A DNA stretch of 64,000 bases from Prolixibacteraceae bacterium (lineage in GTDB: Bacteria; Bacteroidota; Bacteroidia; Bacteroidales; Prolixibacteraceae): the NCBI GenBank assembly GCA_019459525.1, contig JAIBEY010000050.1, positions 5,588 to 69,587 of the forward strand, given 5' to 3'. The position numbers were made by a program, and so were the translations under genes. The notes below the pieces were generated by a model. The model made no database searches. It worked only from the letters and a program-made list of their open reading frames with translations, and was not told where the DNA came from. Of this stretch, positions 8,231 to 17,438 are shown piece by piece. How positions within the stretch are numbered: the stretch's first letter is position 1; each line of letters starts with the position of its first letter.

Positions 8231-8944
8231 ATGGTTGATCAAAATATAGTTTCGGAACTGAACAAACAGGCCGACTCCGCCAATTTAGTTGAAATGCTGA
8301 AAAATGTAGCCGCACAATTTCCGGGGAAAGCGGTTTTCACAACCAGTCTGGGAATTGAAGATCAGGTTGTCACGGATATGATTTTCAGCAATAATCTGGA
8401 CATCAAAGTGGTTACTTTGGATACCGGTCGCTTGTTTGAAGAAACTTACAAGGTGTTTAACCGCACGCTGGATAAATATGGGAAACAGATTCATGTTTAT
8501 TTTCCGAAGCACGAAGCGGTGGAGAAAATGGTGACTGAAAAAGGGCCGTTGAGCTTCTATTTGTCGCTCGAAAACCGCAAAGAATGTTGCAACATCCGGA
8601 AGGTTGAGCCATTGAAACGGGTTTTGGAAGGAATGGAATGCTGGATTACAGGCCTGCGCGCATCACAATCGGACAACCGGCACGATCTCGACTTTTTTGT
8701 TTGGGATGCCGGATTTCAACTGATTAAATGCAATCCGCTTTTGCATTGGTCGCTCGAAGATTGCCAGGAATATGTGAAGAAAAACAATGTTCCCTACAAT
8801 GTTTTGCACGACCGTGGTTTTGTAAGCATCGGTTGCGCTCCCTGCACACGCGCCATTCAGCCCGGAGAAGATTTCCGTGCGGGTCGTTGGTGGTGGGAGA
8901 ATAATTCCAAGAAGGAATGCGGGTTACATACACATCAGGAGTAG
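8231..8944 (+). CDS. cysH: Phosphoadenylyl-sulfate/adenylyl-sulfate reductase (Fe-S type)
   Basis: LDTGRLF, ECCNIRKVEPL, WITGLRASQS, SIGCAPCT and RAGRWWWE...KECGLH. The CC plus CxxC pattern suggests an APS-reductase type. Confidence 0.95.
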   Translation: MVDQNIVSELNKQADSANLVEMLKNVAAQFPGKAVFTTSLGIEDQVVTDMIFSNNLDIKVVTLDTGRLFEETYKVFNRTLDKYGKQIHVYFPKHEAVEKMVTEKGPLSFYLSLENRKECCNIRKVEPLKRVLEGMECWITGLRASQSDNRHDLDFFVWDAGFQLIKCNPLLHWSLEDCQEYVKKNNVPYNVLHDRGFVSIGCAPCTRAIQPGEDFRAGRWWWENNSKKECGLHTHQE

Positions 8945-8948
8945 GGTT

Positions 8949-9030
8949 AGTTATCAAGTTATCATTGTTGTAATTGTTGTCAGGTTTTAAGCAAAGTACA
9001 ACTATGATAACCTGATAACAATGACAACTA
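8949..9030. repeat. Inverted arrays of 8-9-bp units (GTTATCA/GTTGTCA versus TGATAAC/TGACAAC)
   Basis: Read directly between the convergent cysH and yccF-like genes. Confidence 0.75.
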
Positions 9031-9035
9031 AAATT

Positions 9036-9410
9036 TTACTTCTCCCTAATCTCCCGTCCGAACGGTGTCAATGCCAGCGAAACCAGTTTGAAATGCTGTT
9101 TAGCCCATGGAATTCCGATGATGGTAATTCCGAGCAATATTCCGAAAAAGAGGTGGGTTAAGGCAATCCAGATGCCGCCAATCAGTAACCAAATCAGGTT
9201 CATGATGGTTGACAGGCAGCCGGGATTTCCGGGTGTTAAAGCAATGGTTTTGCCGAAAGGCCATAAAGCCAGTATGGCTAGTTTAAAAGCCTGAATACCA
9301 AAAGGGATTCCGATAATGGTGATGCACAGCAAAAAGCCAGCAACCATATATTCGATGTAAACCAAAAAACCTCCAAAAATTAACCAGATTAAATTACCAA
9401 GTGTGCCCAT
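9036..9410 (-). CDS. YccF domain inner-membrane protein
   Basis: Duplicated motif LGNLIWLIFGG / MNLIWLLIGG and CITIIGIPFG / GITIIGIPWA. Confidence 0.92.
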   Translation of the reverse strand: MGTLGNLIWLIFGGFLVYIEYMVAGFLLCITIIGIPFGIQAFKLAILALWPFGKTIALTPGNPGCLSTIMNLIWLLIGGIWIALTHLFFGILLGITIIGIPWAKQHFKLVSLALTPFGREIREK

Positions 9411-9581
9411 GTTGTTTGAATTAAGTGGGATAAAGTTACCATTTACATGATTAAGCTTATACTATTTCTGTCACGTTTAGAGCAACTGTTGCATTTTACC
9501 GGTAAAACGAATGTTTACATTTGTTGCCGTTGACAACATCATCTCGATTTTTTTGTTTTGATGCAATATCCTCTAAATTTT

Positions 9582-9710
9582 ATGAGCCGATTTTTCTCCA
9601 ACGAAGCTTTTGCGGCCATCCGAATCCGCAATTTCCGCCTGTTTCTGGCCTACCGTTTTTTTATGACAACCGCTGTACTCATCAGCGCTGTTTTTTTTAT
9701 TTGCGTATAA
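9582..9710 (+). pseudogene. Orphan duplicated 5' fragment of the MFS gene (42-codon remnant)
   Basis: 9582-9682 is nearly identical to 10675-10775. It reads MSRFFSNEAFAAIRIRNFRLFLAYRFFMTTAVL, then diverges and stops. Confidence 0.85.
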
Positions 9711-9805
9711 ATAATGATTAATTAAACATTCTCACATTTTATTAACAATCATTGGATTTCAGCACTTTATAATTTAACTTTGGTTTGTTAAATATTAATA
9801 ATTAT

Positions 9806-10474
9806 ATGAATCCCGCAAAGCAAAGTGAAGTAATTCAGGAAAAAAAAATTTCATTCTTAAAAAATGAAATTGTTAAAGGTTTATTAATCGCTTTAATATC
9901 TGTTCTTTTATCTCAAGGACTAGCTTATTATTTTTGGACAAAACAATTCCAAAACACTAAAGAACAAAAGATTTTGGAGTTCAAAATTGACTTATTTAAA
10001 GAATTTACAAAAGCCCTACATAATGCAGTATATTGTTCTGAAGGGAGTAGTTTTATTTATATGGAGGTACAAAAAATGACTGATGCTGCTTCTGATAGCA
10101 TATATTATGCTACAGGTATTAGAAAATCTTTTTTGGATATTGAAACAAACAAGAAAATAAGGAATAAAGCTAATAATATATCTCAAATACATTATGACCT
10201 GTTTAAGAAAGGTATGGAGATTCGAGACGTAAATGCCTCAATGAGTTTGACTGTTAGATTATTATATGGCGAGAAGGTGCATGAAAAATTATTTAATTTA
10301 TCTCAAACATTTAAAGCAGAATATTCAATGAATTTTTATACAGCTGAAAGGGTATCAAAGAAACTTAATCCTAAAGATATTGACATTGAAGGTCTTGCTG
10401 GACAATTAACTAATAAAAGAATATATTTATTGGAATTAGTTTTGCAAGAAATGATGAAACAAATTCAGAACTAA
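9806..10474 (+). CDS. Hypothetical protein with a single N-terminal TM helix, AT-rich
   Basis: ORF of ~220 aa. Hydrophobic stretch GLLIALISVLLSQGLAYYFW. No family recognised. Confidence 0.65.
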   Translation: MNPAKQSEVIQEKKISFLKNEIVKGLLIALISVLLSQGLAYYFWTKQFQNTKEQKILEFKIDLFKEFTKALHNAVYCSEGSSFIYMEVQKMTDAASDSIYYATGIRKSFLDIETNKKIRNKANNISQIHYDLFKKGMEIRDVNASMSLTVRLLYGEKVHEKLFNLSQTFKAEYSMNFYTAERVSKKLNPKDIDIEGLAGQLTNKRIYLLELVLQEMMKQIQN

Positions 10475-10674
10475 TCATAAAAGATCGCTACGGATTAATT
10501 CAATACTTTACATTTACCTATATGTTTGGCTAGTAGTAACATTTTTACATCGACATAGAATCTATGCCGATTATATTATTACTAATTCTGTGACGTCATT
10601 TTGAAGGATTATTTTCTTTAGAAAGTTGAATACTTATATTTGCTTTCTACTAAATTATTCCAGCTTATATCCGA

Positions 10675-11937
10675 ATGACAAAATTATTTTCCAACGAAGC
10701 TTTTGCGGCGATCCGAATCCGCAATTTTCGCCTGTTTCTGGCCTACCGTTTTTTTATGACAGCCGCAGTATTGATGCAGGCCGTAATCGTAGGCTGGCAA
10801 TTGTACGACATCACCAAAGATCCGCTTTCACTTGGAATGATCGGACTTACCGAGGTGATCCCGCAGGTCTCGATTGCCTTGTTCGCTGGTCATTTTGTGG
10901 ACATCTGGGACCGGAAACGGATTATTTTCCGGACCAGTTTTATTTTGCTGATTGGTTCAGCGATTTTGCTGGGTTCCAGTATCGATTCTGAGGCAACCCG
11001 GTTTTTACAGGGCACTTTGCCAATCTTCGTTACCGTATTTCTGGTTGGCTTAACACGTGGAATTTTAATGCCTGCCCACACGGCCTTGCTGGGGCAGTTG
11101 GTTCCGCGCGAGCTGCTTGCCGGGGCTGCTACCTGGGGAAGCACGGTTTGGCAGGTTGCTGCGGTTACCGGTCCGGCGCTGGGCGGCTTAATGTATGGTT
11201 TCTTCGGAATTGTTCCTGCTTATATTCTGGTATTTACCTTTTTTCTAACCTGCGTAATCCTCATTTTCTTCATTAAAAGTCCGGGGAAAGTGGTTCAAAG
11301 TCCCGATCGCGACGAGCGTATTTTTGCCAGTATTGGTGAAGGAATCCGCTACGTTTTTAAAAATCAGGTTTTGCTGGGCGCTTTTACACTCGATATGTTT
11401 GCCGTTTTGTTTGGTGGTGCAATAGCTATGCTCCCGGTTTTTGCTTCCGACATCCTGAAAATTGGCCCCGAAGGATTGGGAATATTGCGCGCCTGTCCGG
11501 CAATTGGTGCAATTTTGATGTCGGTTGTATTGACTTTTTATCCCCCGCTGAAACATTCGGGAAGGCAAATGTTGTTCAGTGTGGCCGGATTCGGTGTTTG
11601 CATGATCGTTTTCGCGCTGTCGAAAAATTTCTACCTCTCAGCATTGGTTCTGTTGTTGAGCGGCTCGTTCGATTTCGTAAGTGTCGTGGTTCGCAGCAGC
11701 ATCCTTCAACTGTTTACCTCCAACGAAATGAAAGGCCGGGTATCATCGGTCAACAGTATTTTCGTGGGTTCATCCAACGAACTGGGCGCATTCGAATCAG
11801 GTGCAGCGGCCAGTTTAATGGGCTTGGTTCCATCGGTTGTATTTGGCGGAGTAATGACTTTGATTGTTGTTACTGTCGCATCATTTTCCGCGCCAAAACT
11901 CAGGAATCTGTCACTGAAAGATTGTTCTGCCAATTAA
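10675..11937 (+). CDS. MFS transporter (EntS/macrolide-efflux-like)
   Basis: About 12 TM helices. ALFAGHFVDIWDRKR motif A, LDMFAVLFGG, MKGRVSSVNSIFVGSSNELGAFESG. Confidence 0.92.
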   Translation: MTKLFSNEAFAAIRIRNFRLFLAYRFFMTAAVLMQAVIVGWQLYDITKDPLSLGMIGLTEVIPQVSIALFAGHFVDIWDRKRIIFRTSFILLIGSAILLGSSIDSEATRFLQGTLPIFVTVFLVGLTRGILMPAHTALLGQLVPRELLAGAATWGSTVWQVAAVTGPALGGLMYGFFGIVPAYILVFTFFLTCVILIFFIKSPGKVVQSPDRDERIFASIGEGIRYVFKNQVLLGAFTLDMFAVLFGGAIAMLPVFASDILKIGPEGLGILRACPAIGAILMSVVLTFYPPLKHSGRQMLFSVAGFGVCMIVFALSKNFYLSALVLLLSGSFDFVSVVVRSSILQLFTSNEMKGRVSSVNSIFVGSSNELGAFESGAAASLMGLVPSVVFGGVMTLIVVTVASFSAPKLRNLSLKDCSAN

Positions 11938-11938
11938 A

Positions 11939-11966
11939 GTAAGGTCAGGACATGTCCTGACCTTAC
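11939..11966. repeat. 28-bp perfect palindrome (GTAAGGTCAGGACATGTCCTGACCTTAC)
   Basis: Perfect inverted repeat between the convergent MFS and MATE genes. Confidence 0.85.
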
Positions 11967-11969
11967 GCC

Positions 11970-13406
11970 TTAAACGTTCACAGTCTTCCATTTTCCTTTT
12001 CTGAAATAATACCAGGCAGTCAGTGTTAGTGCAGTCTCAGCAGCAACAATAGCTATAGAGATTCCGTAAATTTTCATATCCAGAACAATAGCCAGCAAAT
12101 AGGCCAGTGGTATTTCGAACAGCCAGAAGCAGAAGAAATTAATCCGGGTTGGGGTAACCGTGTCGCCACTTCCGTTAAAGGCTTGAGTCATCACCATGCC
12201 CATGGCATACGAAACAAATCCGATGCTGATAATCCGCAAACTAACTGCTCCATTGCTTATTACATTGGGATCGTCGATAAACAGACGAATAAATGCTTCA
12301 GGAAAAATAATCAAAACTATTCCGACCAGCCCAAGCAAAACCATATTGGCATAAGCAGTAATCCACACGGTTCGTTCTGCACGTTCAGGCTGTTTTGCAC
12401 CAAGGTTTTGGCCTACCAAAGTCGATGCGGCATTGCTCAAACCCCACGATGGAAGCAATACAAAAACGACAATTCGGATGGCAATGGTGTAACCTGCCAT
12501 AACTTCCGACCCTAATTCAGAAATAATGCGGTAAAGGGCAATCCAGCTTGAAGTAGCAATGATGTATTGCAAGATTCCGCCAGCCGAAAGTTTAAACAAC
12601 TGAATCATCACTTTCAGTTTGATTTGCAGATGCTGAAGTTCGAGCCTAATCCGTTTGTGTCCTTTAAATAAAAGGTAAAACTGGTAACAAACGGCTAGTC
12701 CGCGTCCAATTGTAGTTGCAATGGCTGCCCCCATCAGACCTAATTCAGGAAATGGTCCGATACCAAAAATCAACAATGGATCGAGAATGATATTGATTAA
12801 GTTGGCAAACAGCAATACCCGCATCGAAACTGCGGCATCGCCCGAACTTCGGAATACCGCGTTAATGATGAACAACAGCATGATCACTGCGTTTCCGCCA
12901 AACATCACTGCCGGATATAAATAACCGGCTTCGGCCATTTCTTCGGAAGCGCCCATCAGCAACAGGAATTCTTTGGCATAAATAACTCCAGGAATAGAAA
13001 TCAGGATGGACACGATTAACCCGGAAATGATAGCCTGAAAAGCAACGGTCCCGGCTTTTCCTGTTTTTTTCTCACCGATGCGGCGGGCTACCAACGCAGT
13101 GGTTGCCGTACTCAAGCCCATGCCAATGGCATAAACTATAGTCATTGATGATTCGGTGATTCCAACAGTGGCAACGGCATCGGCTCCCAGTTTGGAAACG
13201 AAAAAGATATCGACAACAGCAAATATAGATTCCATAATCATTTCCAGAACCATCGGGATGGATAGGATGAATAAGGCTTTCCCAATGCTGTCGCTGGTAA
13301 AATCGCGATCGGTTCCTCCAATGGCTTCTTTAATATCAGTCCAGATCGACCGCCATCGCAAAGATTTTAATTGTGCAAAAAATGATATAGTATTTTTATC
13401 AGTCAT
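11970..13406 (-). CDS. MATE family efflux transporter
   Basis: LSIPMVLEM, VDIFFVSKLGADAVA, FRSSGDA, NIILDPLLIFG...LGLMGAAIAT and GQNLGAK. Confidence 0.95.
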   Translation of the reverse strand: MTDKNTISFFAQLKSLRWRSIWTDIKEAIGGTDRDFTSDSIGKALFILSIPMVLEMIMESIFAVVDIFFVSKLGADAVATVGITESSMTIVYAIGMGLSTATTALVARRIGEKKTGKAGTVAFQAIISGLIVSILISIPGVIYAKEFLLLMGASEEMAEAGYLYPAVMFGGNAVIMLLFIINAVFRSSGDAAVSMRVLLFANLINIILDPLLIFGIGPFPELGLMGAAIATTIGRGLAVCYQFYLLFKGHKRIRLELQHLQIKLKVMIQLFKLSAGGILQYIIATSSWIALYRIISELGSEVMAGYTIAIRIVVFVLLPSWGLSNAASTLVGQNLGAKQPERAERTVWITAYANMVLLGLVGIVLIIFPEAFIRLFIDDPNVISNGAVSLRIISIGFVSYAMGMVMTQAFNGSGDTVTPTRINFFCFWLFEIPLAYLLAIVLDMKIYGISIAIVAAETALTLTAWYYFRKGKWKTVNV

Positions 13407-13623
13407 GATAAAAGTAGATTAAAATGAAAAATTAAAATTTGGGTAAATAGATGATGAATCCGCTTCCTGCCTTGCAGAAACTATAAGATTGCGGAATAAC
13501 AGACCGCCGGAATTGAAGTAAGTTTCATAATTCGGTCTTTTTGAATGCGACAAATATAAGCTATTTGATACATATATTTGAACCTGTTGACGATAAAAAT
13601 GTTTCAGGAGTAAAAATAATTCG

Positions 13624-14406
13624 ATGAACCTTGTACGATTAATTGTCATTTCTGGAATTGCACTTCTTTTTACTGCTTGCGGAAGCGAAAACGAAAGTTT
13701 CAACCGTGCAAATTCACAATCATTTGCTGAAAAACAAATTACATTGGAAGGCGCATTGTCCTTGCGGATTGGAGTTGATTCTGTAAATCGGACCCAGGAA
13801 TCAAGTTTCTTGATTAAAAATTTGGAAGAAATGCTTTCCGTTACTGCGACTTTAAAGAAAACAAAGTCGGATAGCAGTTGGACTGCACTCCAGAAAAATT
13901 GGGAAGAATTCCGGAGTAATGAAGCCGTTCTGTTGGCCGACACATCTGGAAATTCGGTGGTTGTTCTTCAGAAATGGGCAGAATTAAACAGTCAATTGTT
14001 AAAGTTGACCAGTGAAGTACGATTTGGCGATGCCCTGGAAAAACTGATTTACGAACCAAAGTTTTATTTGCCCGAAAGGTTAATTAAATCGGTTATTTAC
14101 ACCCACATCGACGATCAGATTTTTATCAATCTCTTCGGTTCGTCGAGCTTAAACCACCAGCACACTACCGGCGGAGCAATCAAATTGATTCAGAAAACGG
14201 AATATCCATCGACTAACGAAATAGCCTTATTTTGTGAATGTTCCGACACCCGTTACCTCGATGTTTTTATCCGGATTCCGGAATGGGCGGTAAACCCGAC
14301 CGTAACTCATGGCAATGTGAAGTATGTGGCCCGACCCGGCGAATATTGCCAGATTTCGCGGAAATGGAGAAATGGGGATGAATTCAGTATAGAACTGAAA
14401 AATTAA
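13624..14406 (+). CDS. Lipoprotein with a C-terminal region resembling GH127 (beta-L-arabinofuranosidase-like) middle/C-terminal domains
   Basis: Lipobox LLFTAC. IFINLF...LIQKTEYP...VFIRIPEWA...ISRKWRNGDEFSIEL resembles the GH127 tail. The catalytic barrel is largely absent. Confidence 0.6.
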   Translation: MNLVRLIVISGIALLFTACGSENESFNRANSQSFAEKQITLEGALSLRIGVDSVNRTQESSFLIKNLEEMLSVTATLKKTKSDSSWTALQKNWEEFRSNEAVLLADTSGNSVVVLQKWAELNSQLLKLTSEVRFGDALEKLIYEPKFYLPERLIKSVIYTHIDDQIFINLFGSSSLNHQHTTGGAIKLIQKTEYPSTNEIALFCECSDTRYLDVFIRIPEWAVNPTVTHGNVKYVARPGEYCQISRKWRNGDEFSIELKN

Positions 14407-14419
14407 GGAATAAATTGTA

Positions 14420-14519
14420 ACATGTCCGTCACGTCAGCTAAAGCAGACGGCAAAGAATAGCAGAATGCTCAATTGGAGTGACACTATTTTTTGCCGTTCA
14501 CTTTAGCTGACGGACATGT
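14420..14519. repeat. 100-bp inverted REP doublet (REPIN/MITE-like)
   Basis: ACATGTCCGTCA..AGCTAAAG..ACGGCAAA versus TTTGCCGT..CTTTAGCT GACGGACATGT. Confidence 0.8.
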
Positions 14520-14526
14520 ATGTTTT

Positions 14527-14910
14527 TTATTCCATCGAATGTAAACAGACATGGTTTCCCTCGGTATCTTCAAATACCGCATAATAACCAATTTCGTCAC
14601 TAATTTTTGTTTTCTGCGTAATAATTTCACCGCCAGCCTGTTCAATGCGGTTTAAAACGGTAAGTAAATCCTTACCTCCATTCAGGTAAACTTTTGCACC
14701 AAGCGAAGTGGGAACATAGCCACTTCCCTGAACAATAGCCCCGCCAACACCCCGCGATTCGGGATCCATAGGTAAAAATCCCATTCTCCAGGAACCCATG
14801 ATTTCTTCGAACATTTCATAATCATAAATGCGTGAATAAAACTCTTTTGCCCGATCAAAATTCAGGACAGGGATTTCAACCCAATTGACCGAATTAATAA
14901 ACTTTTCCAT
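14527..14910 (-). CDS. VOC/glyoxalase family protein
   Basis: VNWVEIPVLNFDRAKEFYS...IEQAGG...IGYYAVFEDTEGNHVCLHS. Confidence 0.92.
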   Translation of the reverse strand: MEKFINSVNWVEIPVLNFDRAKEFYSRIYDYEMFEEIMGSWRMGFLPMDPESRGVGGAIVQGSGYVPTSLGAKVYLNGGKDLLTVLNRIEQAGGEIITQKTKISDEIGYYAVFEDTEGNHVCLHSME

Positions 14911-15073
14911 GATTCAGGATTTTAAAATCTGTGATCTAAACAAGTGAACCGAAAACAAGGTTTACATCTGCCGGTGATCTGTTGTGTCCAATTACGGCAA
15001 TTGGCTGGCGAAAGATTCATGATTTTTTGGTTTAAATTATGAATGGAGAATGATTTTGTCAGGTACATTCATT

Positions 15074-15081
15074 TATCTTTG
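15074..15081 (+). promoter_or_regulatory. Bacteroidota sigma-A -7 element (TATCTTTG) for the surE operon
   Basis: Matches TAnnTTTG, 24 bp upstream of the ATG. Confidence 0.6.
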
Positions 15082-15104
15082 TGTGCATTCAAAAAAAACG
15101 AGTT

Positions 15105-15866
15105 ATGAGCGAGCGTCCTCTTATTTTAATAACCAACGACGATGGTGTTTCGGCCAAAGGATTAAAGGAATTAACTGAAGTGATGCGTCTTTTCGGCGAT
15201 GTAGTAGTGGTTGCACCTGATAGTCACCGGTCGGGGATGTCGAATGCCATAACGGTCGATCACCCGATCAGGGTTACCAAAACAATTGACGAAGAAGGGT
15301 TTCAGGTGTATAAATGCACCGGCACTCCGGTTGATTGCGTGAAACTCGCTTTCAACCAATTGCTCGACCGCTATCCCGATTTTGTCGTTTCGGGAATCAA
15401 TCATGGCTCAAATTCATCCATCAGCGTAGTTTATTCGGGTACGATGGGTGGAGCTTTGGAAGGCTGTATTCACGGCATTCCATCCATTGGCTTTTCGTTA
15501 AACGATTACGATTCGGAAGCCGATTTTTCGCGGGCTAAAATTTACGTTGCCCGTGTATTTCAGCAAGTGGCCGAAAATGGGCTTCCACCGTTTGTTTGCC
15601 TGAATGTAAATATTCCGAAAGGAGAGATCAGAGGTGCAAAAGTATGCCGCCAAACCTCCGGGAAATGGGTGGAAGAATACGACAAACGTACCGATCCGCA
15701 CAAACGCGAATATTACTGGATGACCGGCTATTTTAAAAACTTCGAGGAAGATGTGGTTGATACCGACATCCACGCGCTCGAAAACGGATACGTGTCTATT
15801 GTTCCGGTAAATGCCGATATGACTTGCTACGAGACTTTTGAAAGCATGAAAACATGGAGATTTTAG
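15105..15866 (+). CDS. surE: 5'/3'-nucleotidase SurE
   Basis: ILITNDDG, GTPVDCVK, SGINHGSN and YSGTMGGALEG. Confidence 0.97.
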   Translation: MSERPLILITNDDGVSAKGLKELTEVMRLFGDVVVVAPDSHRSGMSNAITVDHPIRVTKTIDEEGFQVYKCTGTPVDCVKLAFNQLLDRYPDFVVSGINHGSNSSISVVYSGTMGGALEGCIHGIPSIGFSLNDYDSEADFSRAKIYVARVFQQVAENGLPPFVCLNVNIPKGEIRGAKVCRQTSGKWVEEYDKRTDPHKREYYWMTGYFKNFEEDVVDTDIHALENGYVSIVPVNADMTCYETFESMKTWRF

Positions 15867-15867
15867 C

Positions 15868-16170
15868 ATGACCCTACGCAAAAGAAACCGTTACGACCGG
15901 ATGCTGATTGGCTGGCTAATCGGAACTATGGTACCCATCGTTATTTTTCTGATTACTTATCAGGTAAAGTACAGCGAAATGGAATTTTTGGTATTCCTGA
16001 AAAGCATGTGGCAAATGAAAATATTTCTGAAACTACTGAGCCTTTGCGTATTCCCCAACCTTGGATTTTTCTTTTTGTTTTACCGCAACAAATACGATAT
16101 GGCCGCCCGTGGCGTTATTATGGCAACATTTATTTATGCCTTTGTAGTGCTGTTTGCCAAACTAATTTGA
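15868..16170 (+). CDS. Conserved small membrane protein
   Basis: Three hydrophobic segments, located between surE and lpxB. Confidence 0.75.
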   Translation: MTLRKRNRYDRMLIGWLIGTMVPIVIFLITYQVKYSEMEFLVFLKSMWQMKIFLKLLSLCVFPNLGFFFLFYRNKYDMAARGVIMATFIYAFVVLFAKLI

Positions 16171-16178
16171 AAATAATG

Positions 16179-16250
16179 TTGCGAGTTCCGAGGCACGAGT
16201 TGCACAAACAACCTGTAACCCGTAACACGCAACCTACAACCCGTAACTCA
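16179..16250. repeat. Inverted heptamer arrays (TTGCGAG-type versus YAACCYG-type)
   Basis: Three forward and six reverse 7-bp units ending at the lpxB ATG. Confidence 0.8.
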
Positions 16251-17384
16251 ATGAAATATTACGTTTTAGCTGGTGAAGCCTCGGGCGATTTGCACGCCTC
16301 GAACCTGATCAAAGAAATCAGTTTGATTGATAAGCAGGCGCAATTTCGCGGATTTGGTGGCGACCTGATGGAAAAAGCTGGGATGACCGTGCTGAAACAT
16401 TACCGCGACATGGCATTTATGGGCATCGTACCGGTTATTATGAATTTCCGTACTATCCGTAATAACTTCCGGTTTTGCGAAGAAGATATGCTTGCCTTTC
16501 AACCCGATGTGCTGATTTTGGTTGATTATCCCGGATTTAACCTACGGATGGCCAAATTCGCCAAAGCACACGGAATACGCACTTTTTATTATATTTCACC
16601 GAAAATATGGGCATGGAAAGAACAGCGTGTACACAAAGTAAAAGCCTATGTGGACGATCTGTTTGCCATTTTGCCTTTCGAGGCAGAGTTTTACCGGAAG
16701 TATGTTTATCCGGTTAATTACGTGGGCAACCCGCTGCTCGATGCCATACTGGAAAAGAAAACTGTACCAGACTTTCCGAAGTTTTGGGCTGAAAATAAAC
16801 TGCCTGAAAAGCCCATTTTAGCCCTTTTGCCCGGAAGCCGAAAAGCTGAAATCAGTGTTCTGTTGCCTACGATGCTCGAAGCTGCGGCCCAATTTCCGGA
16901 ATATCAATGTATCATTGCCGGTGCTCCCAATATGGGAGTCGAATTCTATTCACCTTTCATGAAAGGAAGCCAGGTTCCGGTTATCTGGGGTAGAACTTAC
17001 GAAATACTGACGCACAGCAGGGTAGCCATTGTATCTTCGGGTACCGCAACGCTCGAAACAGCCATTATGAATGTGCCTCAAGTAGTGGTTTATCAGCTCA
17101 CACCCAACTGGTTATTTAAATACCTCAAAAAGTTTTTTCTGAAAACCAGGTGGGTTTCGCTTGTCAACATTATTTTGGGTCGTGAAGCCGTTGCGGAATT
17201 AATACAATCAGACTTTACCCTGAAAAATGTCGTAAACGAACTAAAAAAAATTCTGCATAATCCGGAAAATGAGAAACGGATGCTGGCCGATTACCACGAT
17301 ATGATGATCAAGCTGGGCGAACCTGGAGCTTCCAAACGGGCGGCAGTGTTGATGGTGGGGAAATTAAATCTGCAAAAAAAATAG
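16251..17384 (+). CDS. lpxB: Lipid-A-disaccharide synthase
   Basis: YYVLAGEASGDLH, LVDYPGFN, YYISPKIWAWK, VGNPLLD, LLPGSR and SGTATLE. Confidence 0.97.
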   Translation: MKYYVLAGEASGDLHASNLIKEISLIDKQAQFRGFGGDLMEKAGMTVLKHYRDMAFMGIVPVIMNFRTIRNNFRFCEEDMLAFQPDVLILVDYPGFNLRMAKFAKAHGIRTFYYISPKIWAWKEQRVHKVKAYVDDLFAILPFEAEFYRKYVYPVNYVGNPLLDAILEKKTVPDFPKFWAENKLPEKPILALLPGSRKAEISVLLPTMLEAAAQFPEYQCIIAGAPNMGVEFYSPFMKGSQVPVIWGRTYEILTHSRVAIVSSGTATLETAIMNVPQVVVYQLTPNWLFKYLKKFFLKTRWVSLVNIILGREAVAELIQSDFTLKNVVNELKKILHNPENEKRMLADYHDMMIKLGEPGASKRAAVLMVGKLNLQKK

Positions 17385-17438
17385 TACGGAGCAGTATAAT
17401 CCACCGGCATTATGATCTCACTAAATTCGTAGCTTAAA

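Noticed and set aside
8166-8315. N-terminal extension of the RsmF-like ORF
   Set aside because: It overlaps divergent cysH and the promoter region, and does not resemble the family.
13419-13943. 174-aa minus-strand ORF
   Set aside because: It is antisense to a lipoprotein gene that has a clear signal peptide.
16008-16250. Extended lpxB N-terminus
   Set aside because: It overlaps the upstream gene and translates the heptamer repeats. Family similarity begins at ATG 16251.
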